Origin: Euryarchaeota archaeon UBA53
Lineage (GTDB): Archaea > Thermoplasmatota > Poseidoniia > Poseidoniales > Poseidoniaceae
Reading direction: 5' to 3'
Assembly: GCA_002507425.1 (NCBI GenBank)
Contig: DAZU01000067.1
Coordinates: forward strand, 2,502-66,501
Length of the DNA: 64,000 nt
The notes under the pieces are model-generated. The model saw only the letters and a list, made by a program, of their open reading frames with translations. It was not told the origin of the DNA and made no database searches. Within the stretch, counting starts at the first letter, position 1. Each line of letters begins with the position of its first letter. The position numbers were made by a program, and so were the translations under genes. Of the stretch, positions 27,043 through 37,677 are shown piece after piece.

Positions 27043-29082
27043 ATGTTCAGCTCGGTTGAAATGTCAAAACTGACAATGGCTGGGTCTATCGACAATTTGG
27101 ACAACTTGTTGAGAAAATGTGCTGACTTAGGTCACATTCATATCAAGCACTACTCAGAGGAGGTTGAAGGCATAACTGTTGGAACACCACACCCTGATGC
27201 GGACGAAATATCCACCATGCTGGCCAAAGTTAGGTCAGTTACAACTTCGATAAAATGTTCAAACAAAGAAGGCCCTATTGGAATGAAAAATGTTCAAAAT
27301 GCTCTCAATGACAATTTTTCAGAGGATTTAGATTTTATTCTAAACACCATTACTCAAAAGGCGAATGCTAAAACAGAAATTAGTAAAATGCAAGAAAGAA
27401 TCGATATACTTTCATCCATTAGTGCATTAGATATACCCCTCGAGCTTATGACAGGTGTAAAATCTGTTGAGGTTTATTTGGGAACTTCGGCCAAAGCTAG
27501 CAAAGTTTCTAAAATATTTTCAGAATTGATTGATAGAGTTGAACTCCATGTATCTGGGAACGTCATTGCAGTAGCTTGTCAGGGTAAAGATGCTGCTGAA
27601 GTCCAAATGGCATTTGGAGAACTGGGTGCGAAATCTGTTCAAATTCCAACGGGAGAAGGAAAGCCAAGTGATCTTTTATCTGATGCAATTGCAAATCTCA
27701 AGAAACACGAGGATTCAATAATTGAATTCGATGAAATAATCGAGTCTTGGGCTAGTAAAAATGGACGAATACTATTGGCGGTTGAGGAGCATCTCGAACG
27801 GGAATCAGACATACTAACAGGACACACTTTGTGTGCAACTAGTGCCCACGCTTACGCATTAGAAGCCTGGCTTCCGAGTGAAGAGGCCGACAAAACCAGG
27901 AGCGTTCTTTCTAAATTTTCCTCGCACATTAAAATTGAACAGTTTACTGAAGACCACGGACATGGTCATGACGACCATGATCATCACAGTACAGAGTTCC
28001 CACCTATTGAGTATGACACAATCGGAGCAACAAGGCACGCATCAGCCCTTACAAATTTAGTTGGCAGACCAAAATATGGTTCATTTGATCCAACTAGTAT
28101 GATTGCATTTACCTTCCCTATTTTCTACGGCTTAATATTAGGCGATGCAGGGTATGGTCTAATGATTATGTTACTGGCTCTGTTGATAAAATCAAAAATA
28201 GGCCACGACCCAATGGGTAAGGTAGCATCTAGAATCTTAATGAACATGGGAATTGCAACATTCATTGTTGGTGTTTTGACAGCTGAAGCATTTGGTTTCG
28301 TTATTGAAAAATGGGATGCTTTCGTCTGGTTGTATGAACCGATGTATTATTCTACAAAGTATATAATACCGAAATCAATATTTGGTGATTTATTTGGATT
28401 GACTCATACTTATCTGCCATTCCACAGAGCAGCTGGTGCCTTACAAGATTATATCTTGCTATCTATTTACCTAGGATGTGCACATCTTCTTTTCGGCTTC
28501 TTAATTGGTTTCTACAATGTGTTCAAAGCACACGGAATTGTGGCTGCATTCTTCGAGAAAGGTTCTTGGTTGCTCATTCTAATTGGTGGCTCAGCACACA
28601 TTCTACGCTTCCTGACCGACGACTCATATGGAACATTTGAAGCATCATCTTGGTCGATAATGGTCATTGTTGGCGTTTTGTGTTTGATATATGGTCTTGC
28701 GGTCTACGAAAATTTCGGTTGGCTAGGTGGTATAATAATGGGACCAATCGAAACATTTGGCCTTCTTGCAAACACGCTATCTTATCTGCGAATAATGGCA
28801 GTAGGAGTGGCGGGTGTAAAAATCGCAGAAATTGGTAATGAGATGGGATTCCACAGCATGGCTGATGCAATTTCATCAGGCGAAATTTTCTCTGCAATTC
28901 TTTTCTTCTTCCTTTGGATTGGTGTTCAAGTTTTCGCACTTGCGCTCGGTCTGTTGTCCCCAAGTATTCACGCTATCCGTCTACACTTCGTTGAGTGGAT
29001 GGGCAAGTTTTACGATGGCTCCGGTGAGGCGTTCTCACCAATTGGAGGCCGTCCCCTTCATGTGGAGGGTCACACATCATAG
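27043..29082 (+). CDS. atpI: A-type ATP synthase subunit I (membrane a-subunit homolog)
   Basis: 679 aa. Hydrophilic N-terminal half followed by multiple TM helices, including the conserved LSYLRIMAVGVAG region with the essential Arg. Confidence 0.85.
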   Translation: MFSSVEMSKLTMAGSIDNLDNLLRKCADLGHIHIKHYSEEVEGITVGTPHPDADEISTMLAKVRSVTTSIKCSNKEGPIGMKNVQNALNDNFSEDLDFILNTITQKANAKTEISKMQERIDILSSISALDIPLELMTGVKSVEVYLGTSAKASKVSKIFSELIDRVELHVSGNVIAVACQGKDAAEVQMAFGELGAKSVQIPTGEGKPSDLLSDAIANLKKHEDSIIEFDEIIESWASKNGRILLAVEEHLERESDILTGHTLCATSAHAYALEAWLPSEEADKTRSVLSKFSSHIKIEQFTEDHGHGHDDHDHHSTEFPPIEYDTIGATRHASALTNLVGRPKYGSFDPTSMIAFTFPIFYGLILGDAGYGLMIMLLALLIKSKIGHDPMGKVASRILMNMGIATFIVGVLTAEAFGFVIEKWDAFVWLYEPMYYSTKYIIPKSIFGDLFGLTHTYLPFHRAAGALQDYILLSIYLGCAHLLFGFLIGFYNVFKAHGIVAAFFEKGSWLLILIGGSAHILRFLTDDSYGTFEASSWSIMVIVGVLCLIYGLAVYENFGWLGGIIMGPIETFGLLANTLSYLRIMAVGVAGVKIAEIGNEMGFHSMADAISSGEIFSAILFFFLWIGVQVFALALGLLSPSIHAIRLHFVEWMGKFYDGSGEAFSPIGGRPLHVEGHTS

Positions 29083-29110
29083 TCCAAATGGACAAACAGG
29101 AGGTAAAAAT

Positions 29111-29419
29111 ATGAAGAAAAAAAGTATGAAATTGAGCCTGAGACTATTGCTTGTTCTCATGAGCATCACAATGATTGCACAAAGCGTTCTTGCGGTTAAC
29201 ACCACTGACGCTGGCGAGTACGATGATTGGGGTAAGTATATGGGCGCAGGAATTGCATTGGGTCTAGCAGCAATTGGTGCTGGAGTTTCGCAAGCTAGTA
29301 TTGGTAGCGCCGCTGTCGGTATGCTTGCTGAAGACGGATCCAAGTTCGGACCTGCTCTGATTTTCACAGCTTTGCCAGAATCTATCGTTATTCTAGGTGC
29401 CCTACCACTGTTCCTATGA
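29111..29419 (+). CDS. atpK: A-type ATP synthase subunit K (proteolipid c), single hairpin with N-terminal signal-like extension
   Basis: ATG 29111 preceded by CAGGAGG. GAGIALGLAAIGAGVSQASIGSA...ALPESIVILGALPLF are the glycine-rich helix 1 and the ion-binding Glu helix 2. The 195-aa track ORF (28832) overlaps atpI and was rejected. Confidence 0.7.
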   Translation: MKKKSMKLSLRLLLVLMSITMIAQSVLAVNTTDAGEYDDWGKYMGAGIALGLAAIGAGVSQASIGSAAVGMLAEDGSKFGPALIFTALPESIVILGALPLFL

Positions 29420-29473
29420 GCAGTTAAGGCTGCCCCCGAGATGAAATCTCGGTGTGGAGCCGGAGGTGAATAA

Positions 29474-30037
29474 ATGACGCTAGAACAACTCGCAAAGGAT
29501 ATTTCCGCCTCAGCAGAAGCGGAAGCTAAGGCTACCATAAAGGCAGCCAAAGATGAAGCGAAAGCCATTGTTGATGAGGCAAAAAGTCGTGCAGCATCCA
29601 TTGAAGGAGAAGCCTCGACAAAAGCGAGCAAGGAAGCAGATCAAATCGCAAGAGAAATGGTCGCATCCGCTCGTCAAGCCAATCAAAAAGAAATCCTTGT
29701 CGCTCGCCGTGCTGAACTAGACGCAACTCTAGAAAGCGCAAGAGCTCAGTTAGGAGACGCAAGCCTTGCTGGCCGTGCTAGCCTATTGAAGAGCCTTGTT
29801 AAGAAAGCAGGAGCGCTTAGCAAAGCGAAAATGGTAATGCGACCTACTAAAATCGACAGGTCTGCCCTAGCAGACTCCGCAAAGAGTTACACGATGGGGG
29901 ACGATGTTGATGGATTGGGAGGCTTCATCCTAGAAGCCGAAGATGGAACACTCTCGTTTGACTTAAGATTCGACACACTGTTGGAAGAAGCATGGGTAGA
30001 GCAGAGAGCAGCGGTTAATGAGGCACTATTTGGATGA
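29474..30037 (+). CDS. atpE: A-type ATP synthase subunit E
   Basis: 187 aa. N-terminal Ala/Lys/Glu-rich helix. Operon position. Confidence 0.75.
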   Translation: MTLEQLAKDISASAEAEAKATIKAAKDEAKAIVDEAKSRAASIEGEASTKASKEADQIAREMVASARQANQKEILVARRAELDATLESARAQLGDASLAGRASLLKSLVKKAGALSKAKMVMRPTKIDRSALADSAKSYTMGDDVDGLGGFILEAEDGTLSFDLRFDTLLEEAWVEQRAAVNEALFG

Positions 30038-30054
30038 GATAAGGAGTCGATTAA

Positions 30055-31095
30055 ATGGCAATCTTCGGAAATAACACTGCATATGTAGCCGCACGTGCTA
30101 AGTCACGTAGGTCCAGTTTAATGGATAGGACAAGGTTACGTCAGTTGATCCAACAATCTCCAGACCAACTAACAGTCGCAGTCGCAGACAATGGTTACAG
30201 AGCTGAAATTGACTTGTATGCAGGCCATTTCACTGGTGGAGATTTAGTAGAGGCAGCATTGACACACAATCTGCAAGAAGAATTGTCCAACATTCTAAAT
30301 TTATGTAATGGTAAAGTTAGAGGAATTGTAGAAATCTACACTAACAGATTCCAATATCAGAATGCAAAAGTGGTAATGCGTGCTGTTGACAACGAAGTAG
30401 ATGTCAAGAAAGTCTCGCACTCCATTCTGCCTGAGGAGAGTGAAATCAACACTCCTTGGTTAAAGATTATAGAAGAATCGAACACAATACGCGAAGCAGT
30501 GGAGCAAATGCGTAGGCTTCCGTTTGGGAAGGCTATGCTAGCAGTAGGAGAAGAAGAAGGATTGCAGAAATACGAAGATGCTCTTGATAGGCACTACTTC
30601 AAGCGGTCTCTAAGTATGCTAAAAGGGAGTTCTCCAGAAATACGCATTCTGAAAAACCACCTCTGCGCTGAAATCGATCATCGCAACATTATCAACATAC
30701 TCGAGGGACAAGCCTTTGGCCTGTCCAGCGAGGAAATCACAGATGCGCTCATTCCAGGTGGGCGTCTAATATCAGAAAGGAGTTTTTCCCAAGCTAGTAA
30801 TAGCAGGGATGGTTTGTTAGATGTGCTTAGGTTATCTAGTAAATTTGACTCTGAAGGTTTCCAAAACCTACTGATTGAATCTGATGAAAAAAGAACATTA
30901 GATCCAGCCATTACTTGGTTAAAAACCCGAGAAACAACTCAAATGCAGCGGATGAGTTACCTCCATCCAATTTCAGCCTTGCCGATTATACATTATGTGT
31001 CATCAAAAGTTCAAGAGGTTGAAGATTTACGCTTCATTGTAAGAGGAAAAATGGCAGGATTAACAACCGATGTGCTGGAGGCACACGTATTATAG
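30055..31095 (+). CDS. atpC: A-type ATP synthase subunit C (central stalk, d-subunit homolog)
   Basis: 346 aa. Operon position and all-helical composition. Confidence 0.75.
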   Translation: MAIFGNNTAYVAARAKSRRSSLMDRTRLRQLIQQSPDQLTVAVADNGYRAEIDLYAGHFTGGDLVEAALTHNLQEELSNILNLCNGKVRGIVEIYTNRFQYQNAKVVMRAVDNEVDVKKVSHSILPEESEINTPWLKIIEESNTIREAVEQMRRLPFGKAMLAVGEEEGLQKYEDALDRHYFKRSLSMLKGSSPEIRILKNHLCAEIDHRNIINILEGQAFGLSSEEITDALIPGGRLISERSFSQASNSRDGLLDVLRLSSKFDSEGFQNLLIESDEKRTLDPAITWLKTRETTQMQRMSYLHPISALPIIHYVSSKVQEVEDLRFIVRGKMAGLTTDVLEAHVL

Positions 31096-31104
31096 GGTGA
31101 TATT

Positions 31105-31404
31105 ATGGAAATTGCAGTTGTAGGCAGTCCGGAATTCACTCTAGGATTCCAGTTGGCAGGAATCAGCACTCTATACAACCCTGAAGGAGAGGAAGACACC
31201 TCCAAGGTATTCAGGGATTTACTTACAACAAAGGGCGTGGGTATTGTGGTCGTCGACTCCGCAATGCTGGCTTCCTTACCTGAGCGTCTCAAAGAGAGAT
31301 TATCAGAAAGTGTTACCCCGACAGTCCTAGGTATTGGTACTGAAGAGGACACAACCCTTCGCGAAACAATTCGCAAGGCAATAGGAGTTGATTTGTGGAA
31401 GTGA
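31105..31404 (+). CDS. atpF: A-type ATP synthase subunit F
   Basis: 99 aa. [20 protein letters not shown] is typical of subunit F. Confidence 0.75.
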   Translation: MEIAVVGSPEFTLGFQLAGISTLYNPEGEEDTSKVFRDLLTTKGVGIVVVDSAMLASLPERLKERLSESVTPTVLGIGTEEDTTLRETIRKAIGVDLWK

Positions 31405-31433
31405 TTCCAACCAAACCCAAGGAGGAAGAGGAA

Positions 31434-33173
31434 ATGAGCAATGAAGGAGTAATTTACCGAATATCAGGGCCTGTTGTAACAGCTACTGGAATGGAAGCGG
31501 GAATGTATGATGTGGTTCGTGTAGGACATGAAGGTCTGATGGGAGAGGTTATCGAACTACACGGCGATAAGGCTGTAATTCAAGTTTACGAAGATACCAG
31601 CGGAATTCGCCCGGGCGAACCAGTTCTAAACACCCGTGAGACCTTATCTGTCGCGCTAGGACCAGGTTTGCTGACCCAAATTTATGACGGTATTCAGCGA
31701 CCATTAGCAACCTTAGAGGAAGTGATGGGTGTATTCATCACAAGAGGTGTTGATGCAGATGGATTTGACATGGAGAAGAAATGGAAATTTGAGGCAACCG
31801 TATCAAAAGGAGACGAAGTGGTCAGCGGACAGGTCATTGGAACGGTCCAGGAAACAGAGACCATTGTCCACAAAATCATGGTTCCACCGGGTAAGAGTGG
31901 AGTTGTAAAATCAATCTCAACTGGAGATTTCAACGTAACAGAGGATGTTTGTGTATTAGAAGACGGGACTACAATGCAGATGATGCAAAAATGGCCGGTA
32001 AGAACACCTCGTCCATACCAGCAGAAATACGCTCCAGATACACCACTAATTACCGGAATGAGAATCCTTGATTTCTTGTTCCCTCTCGCTAAGGGCGGTG
32101 CAGCAGGTATTCCCGGTCCATTCGGTTCCGGGAAAACTGTTACGCAGCAATCCTTAGCAAAGTATTCCGATGCTCAGATTGTTGTCTACATTGGATGTGG
32201 TGAGCGAGGAAACGAAATGACAGAAGTGTTAGACGAATTCCCCCATCTTATTGATCCAAACACAGGAAAGCCCCTGATGAACAGGACAGTTATGATTGCT
32301 AATACATCCAACATGCCGGTAGCAGCTCGTGAAGCATCGGTGTACACTGGAATTACAATTGCAGAATACTTCAGAGACATGGGATATGATGTAGCATTGA
32401 TGGCGGATTCAACCAGTCGATGGGCAGAGGCAATGCGTGAAATTTCTTCACGACTTGAAGAAATGCCTGGTGAGGAAGGTTATCCTGCTTACCTCTCAAG
32501 TAGAATTGCAGAATTCTATGAGCGAGCAGGTCGTGTTCAAACACTGAATGGAGATGACGGATCAGTAACTGTAATCGGTGCTGTGTCTCCTCCCGGCGGT
32601 GACATATCTGAACCGGTTTCCCAAGGAACATTGCGAATTGTAAAGGTATTTTGGGGACTTGATGCAGGTCTAGCAAGACAGAGGCATTTCCCTGCTATCA
32701 ACTGGCTAGGGTCATACAGCCTCTATCCGCCTTCGCTGGATCAGTGGTTCCGCGATCACATCGCACAAGATTATCCTGAAATTAGAACTTCGATTAGTGG
32801 TCTATTACAGGTAGAGGCAGAATTACAAGAGATTGTTCAGTTAGTCGGTTCCGATGCGTTGCCGGTCGACCAGCAACTGACGTTGGAAGTAGCACGTATG
32901 ATTCGTGAGTATTTCCTACAACAAAATGGATTCCACGAAGTGGATGCCTTCTGTTCAGTTGACCTTCACTACAAGATGGCGAAAGCAATCCTAACCTTCC
33001 AAGAATCTGCTAAGAGCGCAATGGCTGCAGGTGCAGAACTTCAGGATGTTGTAAACGTTTCAGCGAGAACGGATTTGATGCGTGGTCGCTTTGAGGCAAC
33101 CTACAAAGATGACATCGATGAGTTGGTTGAAAGAATGAATAAAGAAATCGCTGATGCGGTTGAGGAGAACTAG
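31434..33173 (+). CDS. atpA: A-type ATP synthase catalytic subunit A
   Basis: Walker A GPFGSGKT, the non-homologous region insert, and [11 protein letters not shown]-like blocks. ATG 31434 preceded by GGAGGAAGAGGAA; the track ORF opens at GTG 31395. Confidence 0.95.
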   Translation: MSNEGVIYRISGPVVTATGMEAGMYDVVRVGHEGLMGEVIELHGDKAVIQVYEDTSGIRPGEPVLNTRETLSVALGPGLLTQIYDGIQRPLATLEEVMGVFITRGVDADGFDMEKKWKFEATVSKGDEVVSGQVIGTVQETETIVHKIMVPPGKSGVVKSISTGDFNVTEDVCVLEDGTTMQMMQKWPVRTPRPYQQKYAPDTPLITGMRILDFLFPLAKGGAAGIPGPFGSGKTVTQQSLAKYSDAQIVVYIGCGERGNEMTEVLDEFPHLIDPNTGKPLMNRTVMIANTSNMPVAAREASVYTGITIAEYFRDMGYDVALMADSTSRWAEAMREISSRLEEMPGEEGYPAYLSSRIAEFYERAGRVQTLNGDDGSVTVIGAVSPPGGDISEPVSQGTLRIVKVFWGLDAGLARQRHFPAINWLGSYSLYPPSLDQWFRDHIAQDYPEIRTSISGLLQVEAELQEIVQLVGSDALPVDQQLTLEVARMIREYFLQQNGFHEVDAFCSVDLHYKMAKAILTFQESAKSAMAAGAELQDVVNVSARTDLMRGRFEATYKDDIDELVERMNKEIADAVEEN

Positions 33174-33184
33174 GAGGAATAGAA

Positions 33185-34564
33185 ATGTCTGGAAAGGAAT
33201 ATCGAACTATTACTGATGTAAAGGGACCTCTGGTCTTTTTGAACAAAACCGAGCCTGTAGCTTTTGGAGAAATTGTGCAATTAAGATTGAATGATGGTTC
33301 AGTAAAGAATGGACAGGTTCTTGATACCTCTGATGAGCTCGTAGTTGTGCAGGTTTTCGAAGGAACAGCAGGAGTTGACCTAAACACCGGTGTCAAATTC
33401 ATGGGAGACGTTTTCAAATTACCAGTATCTGATGACTTAATTGGAAGAATTTTGGATGGCGCTGGACGTCCACGTGATGGTGGTCCAGATATCGTTGCTG
33501 AAGAAAATGCAGATATTATCGGTGCAGCTATCAACCCGTATTCAAGACAAAGTCCACACGACTTTATTCAAACAGGAATCAGTGCAATCGACTGTTGTAC
33601 GACCTTGGTTAGAGGACAAAAGTTGCCTATTTTTAGTGCATCTGGTCTTCCACACAACGATATCGCACTTCAAATTGCTAGACAGGCAAGACTAAAGGAC
33701 TCTGAAGAGGAATTTATTGTTGTTTTCTGCGCAATGGGTATTACTGCTGAAGAATTTAATTTCTTCAGAAGTGATCTTGAGAGAACAGGCGCTCTTGAAA
33801 ACGCTGTTTTGTTCGTAAACCTTGCTGATGACCCTGCTGTAGAGCGAATTATTACCCCAAGGCTTGCACTAACAGCGGCTGAGTATCTAGCGTTTGAGAA
33901 AGATTACCACGTTCTTGTTATCTACACAGACATGACAAACTATTGTGATGCGCTGCGTCAGATTGGAGCAGCAAGAGAAGAGGTTCCGGGTCGTCGTGGT
34001 TATCCAGGATACATGTATACCGATTTGGCTATGCTATACGAAAGAGCAGGAATTGTGAAAGGGAAGAAGGGAAGTATTACTCAATTCCCTATCTTAACAA
34101 TGCCTGGTGATGATATTACGCATCCAATTCCTGACCTTTCAGGTTATATTACTGAGGGGCAAATTGTTATTTCAAGAGAGTTGCATCAAGCTGGTATTTA
34201 TCCTCCGATTAACGTATTACCATCTCTTTCGCGTCTAATGGGTTCATGTATTGGATCAGATACTACCAGAGAAGATCACAAGTCAGTATCAGATCAGATG
34301 TATGCAGCATATGCTCAAGGAAGAGAATTGAGAGGTCTGGTAGCTATTGTTGGTGAAGATGCTCTCAACGAGCGTGATAAGCAATTACTCGATTTCTCTG
34401 GTGTCTTCGAGGATAAATTCCTTAGACAATCACGAGACGAAGACCGCTCTATAGATGAAACGCTTGATTTGTGCTGGACTTTAATGTCTGAAATTGATAC
34501 AAAATATCTAGTTCGTTTGGACCAAAAATGGATCGAGAAATACCATCCAGATAACCGTAATTAG
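33185..34564 (+). CDS. atpB: A-type ATP synthase subunit B
   Basis: 459 aa. Conserved non-catalytic B-subunit blocks (e.g. [32 protein letters not shown]). Confidence 0.95.
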   Translation: MSGKEYRTITDVKGPLVFLNKTEPVAFGEIVQLRLNDGSVKNGQVLDTSDELVVVQVFEGTAGVDLNTGVKFMGDVFKLPVSDDLIGRILDGAGRPRDGGPDIVAEENADIIGAAINPYSRQSPHDFIQTGISAIDCCTTLVRGQKLPIFSASGLPHNDIALQIARQARLKDSEEEFIVVFCAMGITAEEFNFFRSDLERTGALENAVLFVNLADDPAVERIITPRLALTAAEYLAFEKDYHVLVIYTDMTNYCDALRQIGAAREEVPGRRGYPGYMYTDLAMLYERAGIVKGKKGSITQFPILTMPGDDITHPIPDLSGYITEGQIVISRELHQAGIYPPINVLPSLSRLMGSCIGSDTTREDHKSVSDQMYAAYAQGRELRGLVAIVGEDALNERDKQLLDFSGVFEDKFLRQSRDEDRSIDETLDLCWTLMSEIDTKYLVRLDQKWIEKYHPDNRN

Positions 34565-34592
34565 ACACTTTATCGATTAGGGGGGAAACGAA

Positions 34593-35210
34593 ATGGCTCT
34601 GGATATCAAACCAACCCGAAGCGAATTAATCAACCTAAAACGTAGAATAAAGCAGACAAAAAACGGGTACAAACTACTCAAGATGAAGCGCGATGGTCTA
34701 TTCCATGAATTCCGAACCTTGCTTTCTGACATGATCAAAGCAAAGAAAGAGATGACAGAATCCTATGTATTGGCCAAATCGAGAATCGACTTAGCTAACG
34801 CTATTGAAGGTGGATTGAAAGTTAGGTCGGCAGCTATTGCTAATTCATCATCTCCTGAAGTCGAGGTAGAAAGAAGAAACATAATGGGTGTTGTTGTCCC
34901 TTCTGTTTCAGGTACTAATCTCAAGCAAGAATTTGGTGATAGGGCTATTGGATTCACCGGGTCCTCTCCGTATATCGACGAAGCCGCAGATTCCTTCGGT
35001 AGTCTGATTGAGCGAATGGTTAAGGCGGCTGAGATGGAAGCTACCCTTAAGCGATTATTATCGGAAATAGAGGCTACTAAAAGAAGAGTAAATGCTCTTG
35101 AATTCAAAGTCATACCGGAACTGGAAGAAGCGAGGGTGTTCATCCAATTGAGACTAGAAGAGATGGAAAGGGAAGAAACATTCCGTCTTAAGCGGTTCAA
35201 GAATAAGTAA
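34593..35210 (+). CDS. atpD: A-type ATP synthase subunit D
   Basis: 205 aa. MALDIKPTRSELINLKRRIKQTKNGYKLLKMKRD is typical of subunit D. Confidence 0.85.
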   Translation: MALDIKPTRSELINLKRRIKQTKNGYKLLKMKRDGLFHEFRTLLSDMIKAKKEMTESYVLAKSRIDLANAIEGGLKVRSAAIANSSSPEVEVERRNIMGVVVPSVSGTNLKQEFGDRAIGFTGSSPYIDEAADSFGSLIERMVKAAEMEATLKRLLSEIEATKRRVNALEFKVIPELEEARVFIQLRLEEMEREETFRLKRFKNK

Positions 35211-35272
35211 CACGCGACCAATTCATTCATTGAGGTTGGTCACACCCGAAAAAACACCGAGAGGGTTACTAA

Positions 35273-37675
35273 ATGCCAGACGAAGATGTCATTCCAGTCC
35301 ACAAAGCAGCGTGGACAAAACGAGAAACGCTTCAACGCATTTTATCTCGTTATTGCCACGTATTGGAGGATGTTGGTGGCAGGAGCCCAACATATCTCGT
35401 ATCTGAGAAGGAAAATGAAGATATGCATGAGGTCCTTATCGATATCAATTCACATCTTAGTAAATTAGGATATAATGCACGACTTTATCCTGATGATCCA
35501 TGGATTTTACAATTGATAAGTGATCCAAAAATGCAGTGGCCATCGCCAAGATTTGTGGTGGCAATGTGGGCTTTTTCTCTCTTAACTACTGTATTTGCTG
35601 GAGAAAAATGGATGTCTTCAGCTCGTCCGGAAGGTGGCTGGTTTGTCAAAAATGCCACATTCGACGCTTTCGTTGGTTATACTGTTCCAATATTTTCTTG
35701 TCTCATAATTGCATCATTAGTTCAAAAGTTTGTTGCAAAAAAGAGAGGTGTTCACTTACCCCATTTATTTCCAATACCTGGTCCAGCACTGGTTTGGTGG
35801 CCCTTCGGAATGGTTGGATTTGCCTCCTTGCCAAGAAGTGATGCTAGACTATGGCCAGACAGGTCAGCATTAGGAAATGCGGCCATATCAGCCCCACTAG
35901 TCCTGATTATAGCGGGTATATTCCTGAGTTTGTGTGGAATATACCTGACACCTGACGTAGTTTCGATAACAGCGGCGCCCTTAGCCTTAGAATTACCACT
36001 CATTATCCAACTAATCGGTTTGAGTTTAGAAAATGAGGTTGGGTTGATACTCAAGACAAGTTGGGCACACCCTTTCACTCGAGTTGGAATGACTCTAACA
36101 TTCGTTGGATGGGTATCACTTCTACCAATACCAACATTTCCTGGCGGTAGGGTGTTAATAGCAAGAATGGGCATCCCGGAGGCTAGATCTGGGTCTACTC
36201 AAGTTATGTTACTCTTAGTAATTCTTCTATTCGCATTCTTGTATGGAGCATTCTCGCAATGGAGTATTTGGGTATTAGTTATTGCATTGTGTGGTTCTCT
36301 GTTAATTTCAAGGGGAGGGGATCCCAGACTACCAATAGTTTTAGATGACTTTAAGGGACTACCAGAGAAGGATCACTTCAGACTGGGAGTTATCCTTTTC
36401 GTTGCTTTTCTCGCTGCTTTGCCCGCTCAAATACCGTTCTATGAGGATGATAATTGGAAAGATGAAATTACATACGAAATTGGTGATGAATCGCTGGTTA
36501 TAGAAGAGGGGTGGTTCAACCAAACCGTAAAAGTGAGTAACCCTTCACTTATTGTGCAGGTATGGAAAGTTACTGCCGTTGATTTCAATTCTGATGATTA
36601 TTCACTCGATTATAATAGCATAGAATGTGATAAGGGGAGTCGATTAAATAACTCATGTTCCGGAGAGATAAACCCGAAGGAGACAATAGAACTCGAGTTT
36701 AATTTCCAATGGACCTCTTCTTGGAATCCATCCACCTTTGATTTACTATGGAATGTAGAGATTAATACAGAACAGGAAATCATCAAAAATTCAGTACGCC
36801 CAGATACTGATTTCTATCCATTGGGAAATTGGAAATTCAATGATGATTTGGATGACCCGAAATCTTGCATTGAACTTAATGATGTTCCAGACTCTAAGTT
36901 AAATCTATCAGCAGCTCCTGAGAATACTTATTGGGATGACATTGACGCAAATGGGACCGTTTCTGTTGAAATTAATAATCCTGAAATTTGCCTAAATGCA
37001 CTATCTGGCGACAATATGTATTATCTTTCAGAGTATCAGTTCTCAATAAATAATGAAACCTTCAATACCGGAATAACTCAAAACAGATTTGTTGCAATAC
37101 CTAGTGGAGGTGTCATTTTAGATTCAAATGAGTTAATGTTTAGCAATTCGGTGTTGGCATATAATTACGATAAAGATAATTGTCTTGAGATCATGAATGA
37201 ACCAGATTTTGACTCCCCAGGGACGGAAGAGGGGGAGTCCAAATGGAACATGTCCATAGTCCACAAAGCACGCAACGACCCAAGCGTAACTCAAAACAAA
37301 ACACGCTTACTTGTCCCGTCAGGTTCTACTATCACCGACTGTGAAGAGGTCAATAGGCCAAAATTATACTTAGTAAAAGAAGGACCAAGTTTGATATTAA
37401 ACTCCTCAGGACACAGAACACAACACTGGATTGGCACAGTCGAAATACAAAACGGAACCCTGATATTCGAAAACCCTAGTGACTCAGACGTTGAATTAAA
37501 CATCGAATTCGATGGAAATGGTAAACAATGGAATGTTTCCAATGATATTACAATAACCGGGGGACAAGTAACAGAAATCCCAGTTGCACCTCCTGAAACT
37601 GGGATATCGTTTTCATGGCTCGAATTAGATGATGAAGGCAAAGTAATTTTGCACTTAGTTAATCATGAGGTCTGA
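35273..37675 (+). CDS. polytopic membrane protein with an M50 (site-2-protease)-like membrane core that lacks HExxH, plus a large C-terminal extracytoplasmic domain
   Basis: 800 aa. N-terminal ~350 aa carry about 8 TM helices. LLPIPTFPGGRVLIA resembles the M50 NLLPxxPLDGG motif but with Asp replaced. No HExxH anywhere in the membrane domain. C-terminal ~430 aa are N/S/T/D-rich and beta-like. Confidence 0.35.
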   Translation: MPDEDVIPVHKAAWTKRETLQRILSRYCHVLEDVGGRSPTYLVSEKENEDMHEVLIDINSHLSKLGYNARLYPDDPWILQLISDPKMQWPSPRFVVAMWAFSLLTTVFAGEKWMSSARPEGGWFVKNATFDAFVGYTVPIFSCLIIASLVQKFVAKKRGVHLPHLFPIPGPALVWWPFGMVGFASLPRSDARLWPDRSALGNAAISAPLVLIIAGIFLSLCGIYLTPDVVSITAAPLALELPLIIQLIGLSLENEVGLILKTSWAHPFTRVGMTLTFVGWVSLLPIPTFPGGRVLIARMGIPEARSGSTQVMLLLVILLFAFLYGAFSQWSIWVLVIALCGSLLISRGGDPRLPIVLDDFKGLPEKDHFRLGVILFVAFLAALPAQIPFYEDDNWKDEITYEIGDESLVIEEGWFNQTVKVSNPSLIVQVWKVTAVDFNSDDYSLDYNSIECDKGSRLNNSCSGEINPKETIELEFNFQWTSSWNPSTFDLLWNVEINTEQEIIKNSVRPDTDFYPLGNWKFNDDLDDPKSCIELNDVPDSKLNLSAAPENTYWDDIDANGTVSVEINNPEICLNALSGDNMYYLSEYQFSINNETFNTGITQNRFVAIPSGGVILDSNELMFSNSVLAYNYDKDNCLEIMNEPDFDSPGTEEGESKWNMSIVHKARNDPSVTQNKTRLLVPSGSTITDCEEVNRPKLYLVKEGPSLILNSSGHRTQHWIGTVEIQNGTLIFENPSDSDVELNIEFDGNGKQWNVSNDITITGGQVTEIPVAPPETGISFSWLELDDEGKVILHLVNHEV

Positions 37676-37677
37676 AC

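Noticed and set aside
28832-29419. 195-aa ORF from the six-frame track spanning the atpI-atpK junction
   Set aside because: Its first 93 codons overlap the 3' end of atpI in another frame and have no proteolipid features. The ATG at 29111 has a strong SD and yields a normal c/K subunit.
35273-36330. Active site-2 protease (M50) annotation
   Set aside because: No HExxH motif, and the LDG-like motif lacks the Asp. Calling it an active protease is not supportable.
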